From: an uncultured Methanomicrobiaceae archaeon
GTDB lineage: Archaea; Halobacteriota; Methanomicrobia; Methanomicrobiales; Methanoculleaceae
Reading direction: 5' to 3'
DNA length: 64,000 nucleotides
Assembly (NCBI GenBank): GCA_963826525.1
Contig: CAWGXH010000004.1
Coordinates: 1,632,001-1,696,000, forward strand
The notes under the pieces are model-generated. The model had not been told where the DNA came from. It ran no database searches and was given only the letters and a program-made list of their open reading frames with translations. The translations under genes and the position numbers were made by a program. Shown here in pieces: positions 54,715 through 64,000 of this stretch. Each line of letters begins with the position of its first letter. Positions within the stretch are counted from its first letter, which is position 1.

Positions 54715-55494
54715 ATGAAACCCAAAGTACTGCTCACCAACGATGACGGGGTTACGTCAGCCGGAATATGGGCTGCATACGAAGCCCTTTCCCCCATTGC
54801 GGATGTTACGGTCGTTGCACCTGCGACACAGCAGAGTGCGGTCGGAAGATCCATCTCAATCTTCGAGCCGATCCGCACCTACGAGATCACCATGAACGGG
54901 GTGGCGGCCTATTCGGTTGGTGGGAAACCGACCGACGCGGTGATCATCGGCCTGTATTCTCTGAATCTTGCTCCCGATCTCGTGGTCAGCGGTGTCAACA
55001 TCGGTGAGAACCTCTCGTACGAGTCCATTATGACGTCGGGCACGGTTGGAGCTGCTCTTGAGGCTTCCAACCAGGGTGTGCCGTCCATTGCCTTCTCACT
55101 GCAGGTGGAGGATCAGGGCGATAAATTCGACGATCCTTCGCGTGCAACCGATCGGTTTGAGGAGACCAAACGCATTGTCCGCGATGTCTGTGAGCGGGTT
55201 CTGCGGCATGGATTTCCGGAGCACGCAGATGTCATCAATGTCAACATCCCCTCCCTGGTTCGTGGCGGATATGAGGTGACCCGGCTTGCCGAGAAACTCT
55301 TCCATACCGGGGTTGAGAAGAGACTCGATCCGCGCGGCCGGCCGTACTACTGGATAGACGGCCCGCTGTATGAAGATGCTGAAGAAGGCACCGATGTGCA
55401 TGCGGTCAGGATGGGCAATGTCTCGATTACACCGCTCACCCTCGACTGCACGGCGCTGCGCGCCTCCGGCCGGCTTGCCGATATCTTCCGGTGA
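54715..55494 (+). CDS. surE: 5'/3'-nucleotidase SurE
   Basis: LLTNDDG, VVAP, VSGVNIGENL, SGTVGAALE, SITPL. Confidence 0.95.
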   Translation: MKPKVLLTNDDGVTSAGIWAAYEALSPIADVTVVAPATQQSAVGRSISIFEPIRTYEITMNGVAAYSVGGKPTDAVIIGLYSLNLAPDLVVSGVNIGENLSYESIMTSGTVGAALEASNQGVPSIAFSLQVEDQGDKFDDPSRATDRFEETKRIVRDVCERVLRHGFPEHADVINVNIPSLVRGGYEVTRLAEKLFHTGVEKRLDPRGRPYYWIDGPLYEDAEEGTDVHAVRMGNVSITPLTLDCTALRASGRLADIFR

Positions 55495-55572
55495 CCACTC
55501 TTTTTTTGCCATCGCCCGGTTCCCGAAACCGATGATGGGCATTGATATGAAGGGAGATGCCACAGGTCCTGT

Positions 55573-56268
55573 ATGGATGGATCGCTCCTTGCTGAATCGA
55601 AACGAATTGCTGGATATCGGGCTGCCGATCTCGTCGAAGACGGCACGGTCGTCGGGCTCGGCACCGGTTCGACGGTGTTTTTTGCGATGGAGCGCCTGAG
55701 TGAACGGATCGCGGACGGGCTTACCATCGCCGGTGTGCCGACGTCGTATCAGGCGGCGATTCGAGCCCGGGAATACGGTATACCGCTCACCACGCTCGAC
55801 GAGCACCCGCAGATCGCCCTCGCTATCGATGGTGCCGATCAGGTAGACCCGCAACTCTTCCTGATCAAGGGGCGTGGGGCGGCGCACCTTCGTGAAAAGT
55901 GCGTGGCGGATGCGGCGGCAGCGGTTGCCATCGTCGTCGACTCGACAAAGATGGTCGATACCTTAAGTGCGTTCGTGCCGATCGAGGTGCTGCCGTTCGC
56001 TGGCGGGCTCGTCATGCGGCGCCTTACCGAGATGGGTGGAGTGCCTGTTCTTCGCGAGGGGATTAAAAAAGACGGGCCGATCGTCACCGACAACGGGAAT
56101 TTTGTGGTTGATTGTAATTTTGGAGCAATTTCCGATCCCGCATCGCTGGAGCGGCAGATCTCTGCCGTTTCCGGTGTTCTCGATTGCGGACTTTTTACCA
56201 CCTTTGCAGAAAAGACATGTGTGGTGGTGGGTGAAGGACGGGAATGCCGTATCGTATCACTGCATTGA
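55573..56268 (+). CDS. rpiA: Ribose-5-phosphate isomerase A
   Basis: GLGTGST, IDGADQVD, IKGRGAAHLREK, TDNGN. Confidence 0.95.
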   Translation: MDGSLLAESKRIAGYRAADLVEDGTVVGLGTGSTVFFAMERLSERIADGLTIAGVPTSYQAAIRAREYGIPLTTLDEHPQIALAIDGADQVDPQLFLIKGRGAAHLREKCVADAAAAVAIVVDSTKMVDTLSAFVPIEVLPFAGGLVMRRLTEMGGVPVLREGIKKDGPIVTDNGNFVVDCNFGAISDPASLERQISAVSGVLDCGLFTTFAEKTCVVVGEGRECRIVSLH

Positions 56269-56637
56269 TATGGTCTCGCGCATCTTCTGGATAAGGTCGA
56301 GCTGGTGTCGGGCTTCTTTCTTCTTTTCTTTCTCGATTGTATCCATTATGTCGGTTATCGGGAGGGACAGCGTGTATATCTTGACCGGTCTTCCTTTGCT
56401 CTCGGATTTGCTCTCCCGAGTCTCGATCCAATTAACCTCCTTGAGGTAGCGCATCGCAATACTGACCTCCGGCTGGCGAAGATCCGTGCCCCGCTCGATG
56501 TCCCGGGAGGTAGCTTCGTCTATACTTGCCAGGTATACGAGAACCTTGGAGACATTGCGTTTGATCCCGATACCCATGAGCAGTTCGGCAAGCTCTTCCT
56601 CTTTCGGAGTGAAATATCGTACTTTGTCTGACCTCAT
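56257..56637 (-). CDS. Winged-helix transcriptional regulator (archaeal, COG4738-like)
   Basis: SRDIERGTDLRQPEVSIAM HTH, KGRPVKIY wing. Confidence 0.85.
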   Translation of the reverse strand: MRSDKVRYFTPKEEELAELLMGIGIKRNVSKVLVYLASIDEATSRDIERGTDLRQPEVSIAMRYLKEVNWIETRESKSESKGRPVKIYTLSLPITDIMDTIEKEKKKEARHQLDLIQKMRETISMQ

Positions 56638-56878
56638 CCGTTCACCAATACTCTTCCATCTATTGTTTTAAATCTGACTATAAAAATATTATTATTCCTA
56701 TACGAGATTTTTCAATATTGGTGTTTTATCGGTGTGTGATAGGAAAACAGGTTTTTCGGGTCGGTTATTTTAAGAGACCGCCATACATGCTGCATCCAAT
56801 CGACGGCCGAGGCTGCCCTAGGAATACCGGGAGGAAAAAAATGTGATGAATGGGAAAGAATCTGCCGAAAATGCCCGG

Positions 56879-57444
56879 TTATATGAGACCGAGGTTAGAG
56901 AGCTCCGAGAGGATCCGCTGGACTGCCCGCTTTGCGTCTTCTGGTTGTTTTCCCCCGGTGATGATCGCAGCTTTCCCGAGCCGAAGAGGAGTACGACCAC
57001 CTTCGGATCGTCGAGGCGGTAGACGAGACCCGGAAACTGCTCGGGCTCGTATTCGATCTTATCGAGGTTAAAGCCTACTGCAATCTTATTGAGGTTGATC
57101 GGGGTGCCGAGATCTGCCGAGGTCACAATATTCTGGATCTTGTAAGTGAGTTCTTCGGAGATATCGATGTTCAGCGCCCTGAGCTGGTCGCCGAGAATCT
57201 GGAGGCCTTTGGTGAGGCTGTCGATGCTCTTCGCACCGGTGAGCACAACTTTTCCGGATCCGAAGACCAGTGCCGCGATCTTTGGATCCTGCATCCGCAG
57301 GACGACACCGGGGAAACGTTTCTTATTGTATTCGGCGTCCTTGAGCTGAGATGCAAGGGAGGGCAGATCAAGGAAATCCGTCACTTTGGCGGAAGCAACG
57401 ATATTTTCTATCTTGAGAGACTCTTCCGGTCTGCGTTCATTCAT
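56879..57444 (-). CDS. tbp: TATA-box binding protein (2-nt insertion near 56968)
   Basis: Two repeats IENIVAS...FPG...VFGSGKVVLTGAK and IQNIVTS...YEPEQFPGL...LFGSGKL; corrected end IITGGKQPEDAKRAVQRILSELSNLGLI. Confidence 0.96.
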
Positions 57445-57466
57445 ATTTATAAAATGCTTAAAACAG

Positions 57467-57477
57467 TATATAAAGGG
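57467..57477 (-). promoter_or_regulatory. TATA box of tbp
   Basis: Minus strand CCTTTATATAC about 23 nt upstream of ATG. Confidence 0.6.
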
Positions 57478-57485
57478 TTGGGTGT

Positions 57486-59385
<1,900 letters not shown>

Positions 59386-59651
59386 CGTATCCCCTATTCT
59401 ACATTATTAATAATGACGATTGTATATCAACATTCTGGTGATGTGGCACGGTCTTTTCGTGTTTCTGCTCAAGTATATGCTGATGCCTATTATCTATCGA
59501 TTCGCGATCTGCCCGAGTATCGAGAGGCATCGTGAGAGAGAACAGTGCCCGGCGGTCGCTTCAGGCGTGGCATTTGCGGTATGGCGGCCTGGGGCAGGGC
59601 GAAAAGGATAGGGGAGGCCGTATAGCCGGTCTATTAGCAGGATTTCCGTTA

Positions 59652-59966
59652 TCAGTCGTATTCCCGCCAGGTTTTACTGCAAGCGGTGCACCGGAAGAAC
59701 CGGACCTCGCTCTCATCGGCGGAGCGCAACTGTCGCAGCCACCAGATAGCAGTCATATTGCCACAATCCGGACATTGCACTGTGGTGGTCGGCATTGTTG
59801 AGACCTGGTCCTGATCGTCGACGATGGTGATCTCCTTCTCAAGCCTTTTGTCCGTCTTCTTGAGCTTATGCTCAGCGGTGATTTCTCGGATGCAGCCACA
59901 CTTTCTGCACTTCATCTGCCCCCCCGATGAGATCATCAGACCCTTGCACTGTGGACAAAACATCAT
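59652..59966 (-). CDS. tfs: Transcription factor S (TFS)
   Basis: FCPQC...CRKC and CPDC...QLRSADE...FFRCTAC with intact acidic DE hairpin. Confidence 0.95.
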   Translation of the reverse strand: MMFCPQCKGLMISSGGQMKCRKCGCIREITAEHKLKKTDKRLEKEITIVDDQDQVSTMPTTTVQCPDCGNMTAIWWLRQLRSADESEVRFFRCTACSKTWREYD

Positions 59967-60070
59967 TCATACAGATGCGTGAGCAGCCCTGATTAACCCT
60001 TGGATAGGATGATGTTCAGGCGGTTGAATGGCCGATCGAGTGAGAATCCCGCAATCCTTTATCTCCTCCC

Positions 60071-60916
60071 ATGGAGAAAAGTACGGCAATGATTGAGTAT
60101 CTGGTGCTGATCTCCTGCATCGCGTTTCTAGCCTTCCTCATCCCCAATACCATCTTCCGCAAGTATTTTGCCATCGTCGGGTGGGTGAGCATCGCAGGGT
60201 ATCTCTTCTCCGAGCTGCCATACTACTTCTCCATCAATAACTTCATGTACCCCACAATTGCTCTTCTCTCCATACCATTTCTGTATGTTACGATACGCTC
60301 CCTCCTGCGGGAAGACCCCCAGGTGCTGCAACTCTCCATGGCCGCTGCGGTTGCCTTTCTGATCTATGCCCCCTTCGCGTTCATCACACCGCTCGGTGAC
60401 TGGCTCATCGGCGCTGTTGTGGCGCAGACGTCATGGGTGCTCGGTCTTGCCGGCTACCCTGCCTCGCACGTCACCTGGAACATTCTCACTCGGAATGGTT
60501 TTCAGACCGAGATCATCCTTGCCTGCACCGGCATCCAGAGCATTGCCATTATGCTCGGCGTCGCCGGCGCTGTGAAGACCACCCTGTGGCAGAAGGCACT
60601 TGCATTCCTTCTTGTATTTCCGACGATTTACATTCTGAATATCTTCCGGAACGCCTTTGTGATCTCGGCCTACTCCGGACAGTGGTTCCCCTATCTCCCG
60701 GAGATCGCAGGCAACGGCGAGTTCGGATATGAGAGTTTCTTCTGGGCGCACAATGTTATGTGCGAACTCGGTGCACTCCTGCTGCTCGTCGCCATCGCGT
60801 ATGGCCTGTTCATCATCATCCCGGGGCTTGGAGTATTTGCCGACGATCTCTTCAAACTCTACCGGGGAGAACTTGCCGGTCTGGTGCAGCGGGTGAAGGA
60901 TGCATCCGCTCGATGA
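60071..60916 (+). CDS. artA: Archaeosortase A (likely start at 60089)
   Basis: Multi-TM protein with IILACTGIQS (catalytic Cys), LNIFRN, SFFWAHN. Confidence 0.9.
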   Translation: MEKSTAMIEYLVLISCIAFLAFLIPNTIFRKYFAIVGWVSIAGYLFSELPYYFSINNFMYPTIALLSIPFLYVTIRSLLREDPQVLQLSMAAAVAFLIYAPFAFITPLGDWLIGAVVAQTSWVLGLAGYPASHVTWNILTRNGFQTEIILACTGIQSIAIMLGVAGAVKTTLWQKALAFLLVFPTIYILNIFRNAFVISAYSGQWFPYLPEIAGNGEFGYESFFWAHNVMCELGALLLLVAIAYGLFIIIPGLGVFADDLFKLYRGELAGLVQRVKDASAR

Positions 60917-61425
60917 CCCTGCCTGCAGGAAGCGGCGTCTTGGAGTGGGAATCGCTTCTCTGACCATCCGCCCCTATATGCCCTCCGATCTCGATTCAAT
61001 TCTGCTTCTTTTCTTCGATACTGTTCATATCATCAATGCCCGGGATTATACGAAAGATCAGGTCGATCGGTGGGCACCGGAGCGGTGTGACCGGGAGCGG
61101 TGGGAGTCTTTCCTCGCAGGGAACGACGCTTACGTCGCCGTGATCGAGGGTACAGATTGTCGGGTTTTGCGACTGTACCGCCGACGGTTACCTTCACATG
61201 CTGTATACGCATGCGGGATACCAGGGATGCGGAATCGGATCCCGCCTCCTCTCGGTGCTTGAAGAGAGTGCACGTGCTTCCGGATGCCGTTTCATCCGTA
61301 CAGATGTGAGCATTACGGCACGGCCTTTCTTTGCCCGCCGTGGATACGAATGCCTCGGGGAAGAGCAGGTACTGCTGTGCGGCACGGCGTTTCTCCGGTA
61401 CCGGATGAAAAAAGATATCTCGTGA
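60913..61425 (+). CDS. GNAT N-acetyltransferase (YafP-like), frameshifted
   Basis: TVHIINARDY...WAP, LYTHAGYQGCGIGSRLL acetyl-CoA motif, VSITARPFFARRGY. Confidence 0.82.
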
Positions 61426-61436
61426 GGGTTAACCGC

Positions 61437-62069
61437 TCACGCGTACCTGCGGTACAGGTATACGATCCGCTGGATGGCGGAGAGATTGGTGCATACCGCG
61501 ATGACCAGGATGGCCACCCAGATGTATCCCGTGACCCCGCCGAGCACCAGAAAGAGCACGGTCTCGGGTCTTCCGAAGAACCCGATCCCCTCGAGGGGAT
61601 CCTCAATCTTTCCTGCAATCCGCTCGCTGTAGCCGATCTCCGCATAGACGACCGGTTTGATGAAGGTGTTTATCATGGAGCCGAAGAGCGCGAGAGCCAC
61701 CACTCCGAAGTCTGCAAGCGGAGGGACTGCAATCAGGTGGCTGATTATGGGCACCTGCGAGAACCCCACGCCGAGAATTACGGCGGCATCGACGTATTTG
61801 TCGGCTATCCAGTCGAATACGGCACCAAAATCGCTCTCTGAGTGGTTCTTGCGGGCGACATTGCCGTCCACCAGATCGAGCACTGCGGAGATGAAGAGTA
61901 GCAGGCTTCCTGCGAGGAAGTAACCCCCTGCAAAGGCGAGAGCGCAGAGCAGCCCAAAGAGAAGGGAGAGGAGCGAAACCTGGTTCGGCGTGACGCCCAG
62001 TCTGATGAAAAGAGCTGCGAGCGGCTCAGTATACTTGACGAACTGAGGCCGCAGTGAAGTTATATTCAT
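61437..62069 (-). CDS. CDP-alcohol phosphatidyltransferase (archaetidyl-inositolphosphate/glycerophosphate synthase family)
   Basis: TPNQVS, DLVDGNVAR...FGAVFDWIADKYVD signature, GRPE. Confidence 0.9.
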   Translation of the reverse strand: MNITSLRPQFVKYTEPLAALFIRLGVTPNQVSLLSLLFGLLCALAFAGGYFLAGSLLLFISAVLDLVDGNVARKNHSESDFGAVFDWIADKYVDAAVILGVGFSQVPIISHLIAVPPLADFGVVALALFGSMINTFIKPVVYAEIGYSERIAGKIEDPLEGIGFFGRPETVLFLVLGGVTGYIWVAILVIAVCTNLSAIQRIVYLYRRYA

Positions 62070-62261
62070 ATCTCATAGATCATCGGTAGGGAAAGAGTTT
62101 AACTTTTGCTCTGTCCTTAAAAGCCGGAAATGTCTGAAAATGTCGATACTGCTATAACTACGGGTGCAATTCTCCCGGAGAAGTCCGGACAAGGGCTCCG
62201 GCCGCACTTTCACCAGCTATTTTAATGCGCTCACCTCCACATATACAGTGAAGGATTTTCC

Positions 62262-62960
62262 ATGCCAGAAAGCAGCAGGCCCCATGTGCTCATGATGTCG
62301 GAGATTACCGTTGACGGTAAACTCACCTTGAAGAAAGGCGCTTCAAGCAAGATCCTCATGAAATACATGGCCCATGAGACTGAAATTCTGCTCCACAAGA
62401 CGCGTGCGGAGTATGACGCTATCATGGTCGGGCCAAATACTATCAGCATCGACAACTCTTTTCTTACCGTTCGGCTCGTCGAGGGAAAAAGCCCGCTTCG
62501 TGTCATCCCGAGCAGCAGGGGCAGCATCCCGCTCGATGCCAACGTCCTCAAAGGGGATGCACCGACAGTCATCGCCGTGGGTAGAGAGGCTCCGGAAGAA
62601 CGCATTGCCGCTCTGAAAGAGAAGGGGGTGGACGTCGTCGTCGCGGGAGCAGATACGGTCGACCTGACATTGCTCATGCAGATCTTACGACAGCAGTACG
62701 GTATCCGCCGCTTGATGGTCGAGGGCGGCCCGACACTGAACTGGGCAATGCTCCGGCACCGCCTGGTCGACGAGATCCGCCTTATCCACCTGCCGTTTAT
62801 CGTAGGCGGAGCCGATACGCCTTCGCTCGTCGGCGGCATGCATATCGAGTCGGAAGAGGAGATGATCCGGCTCTCTCTCAAGCAGCACTATATGTGCGGG
62901 ACGAACATGGTCACCGAGTGGGACGTCCTCTATGGGGAGACTCCGACCCGGACGGTCTGA
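62262..62960 (+). CDS. RibD C-terminal-like reductase (2,5-diamino-6-ribosylamino-pyrimidinone 5'-phosphate reductase family)
   Basis: ITVDGKL, DAIMVG, LTVR, LMVEGGPTLN, LVDEI, PFIVGG. Confidence 0.85.
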   Translation: MPESSRPHVLMMSEITVDGKLTLKKGASSKILMKYMAHETEILLHKTRAEYDAIMVGPNTISIDNSFLTVRLVEGKSPLRVIPSSRGSIPLDANVLKGDAPTVIAVGREAPEERIAALKEKGVDVVVAGADTVDLTLLMQILRQQYGIRRLMVEGGPTLNWAMLRHRLVDEIRLIHLPFIVGGADTPSLVGGMHIESEEEMIRLSLKQHYMCGTNMVTEWDVLYGETPTRTV

Positions 62961-64000
62961 TCAGATCATCCGGTACGGGTCGGCCTTCATGTACTCCCGG
63001 CAGACCGTTGTAGCGTAGTGCCCGGGCGGCAGCGTGAACCGCAGAAGGGCGGTAGTATCCTGCACCTCGGCGACGACGTCTGCGGAGAGTGCGATAGGAC
63101 GAAGAGCGCCTGCGTAGCGTGTCCGGACGAACCTCGCAGCAGACTCGAAACGGGTGGCATCGATCCCCCACTCCTCCAGTATCTCCTGCATCATCTCGTC
63201 CATCCGTCCGTGCAGCGCCGTCGGTTCCGAACCAGGGATGAAGAGGGCTATCCGGCAGCGGCCTCGTTTGATGTGTTGCGCCGCGGTGCTGCGGTTCCGT
63301 TCCGTCACGATGTCTTCCCGTCGGTTCGGAAAGATCAGACGGTCTCCTGGAATCGGTTCGTAGAGCGTGAAGCCTTCGTCGAATCTTTTCGAGAGAACGC
63401 TGTTGAAGAGGAACGACTGGAACGCACTTACCAGCATCGAGAGCAGCTTTGGGGGGAGCACCTGCAGCGCCCCCTGATAGTCTCCTGGATGTACGGCGAG
63501 GTGATGGAGCATGGCGCGTTCATAGGTCATCTGGACGGGGTAGGTGGCAAGCGCCTCGCGCACGTCACGGGTTTCGGCAAACTTGCTGCGCGCCTGGCGT
63601 GCATTCTCCGATTCATACGGGTATGCGTTCCCGACGTACGTCATCACCGCACCCTCATAATCCTCCTGCAGGATCTGCTCCCCGACGAGATGAGTTACCG
63701 GACGGGTGACGCCGAACCGCTGAAGGCCGAAGTAGTTCGGGATTCCCTCTGCCACGGTCGATGAGACCTCCTTCACTCTCTCCTCAAGATTGTCCGGTTC
63801 GCACTCCCTGATGACGAGCTCGAAGCGGTTTCCTTCCAGTGCTCCGAGTGCCAGAGGCTCTTTTGCGCGCCCGACGACCGCAAGTTCGATCTCGGAGAGG
63901 CGTACCTGCTTCAATTGCTTCGGGAGTAACGTCGTAGATGGAGATGATCTGGCTCGTCACAGCGTTCTTGTCTTTTGTCCCCGCCCAGCTGATGCGGCGG
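62961..64000 (-). CDS. truD: tRNA pseudouridine(13) synthase TruD, 5' part outside window, frameshift near 63925
   Basis: WAGTKDKNAVTSQ at window end, LEGNRF, PNYFGLQRFG, AFQSFLFN, FTLPPGHYAT. Confidence 0.94.

Noticed and set aside
62070-62261. FMN riboswitch ahead of the RibD-like gene
   Set aside because: Only a few bases resemble the consensus; conserved stems are absent

Overview
Archaeal chromosomal segment. Gene content (SepCysS, TBP, TFS, archaeosortase A, mfnD/mfnF, F420-type FdhAB) indicates a hydrogenotrophic methanogen, most likely Methanomicrobiales (Methanoculleus-like; inference). Layout: (1) 1-25.9 kb, a surface-glycan island with a CDP-branched-sugar pathway, an IS1634 element, a UDP-L-QuiNAc/FucNAc-type trio, six glycosyltransferases, two paralogous flippases and two true pseudogenes (gmd, KdnA-like); (2) 26-37.6 kb, DUF5814/DUF2150, larE-thiI, SepCysS with a small upstream partner, and the mre11-rad50-nurA-herA operon; (3) 37.7-51.7 kb, a formate locus with fdhC, an OB-fold membrane protein, a ClC-CBS transporter and three tandem fdhAB pairs, two sharing an almost identical alpha subunit but with different beta subunits; (4) 52-64 kb, housekeeping genes. 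Roughly 30 or more 1-2 nt frameshifts hit many genes, including tbp, so most are probably sequencing errors and split ORFs are merged here. No rRNA, tRNA or CRISPR array was seen. All family calls are from motif recognition by eye, not database searches. The most interesting signals are the fdhA duplication with a Cys-depleted FdhB, an 18-bp motif in two fdh promoters, the vinelose-like sugar pathway, the chimeric flippase pair, and an antisense-overlapping pair of zinc-ribbon genes.
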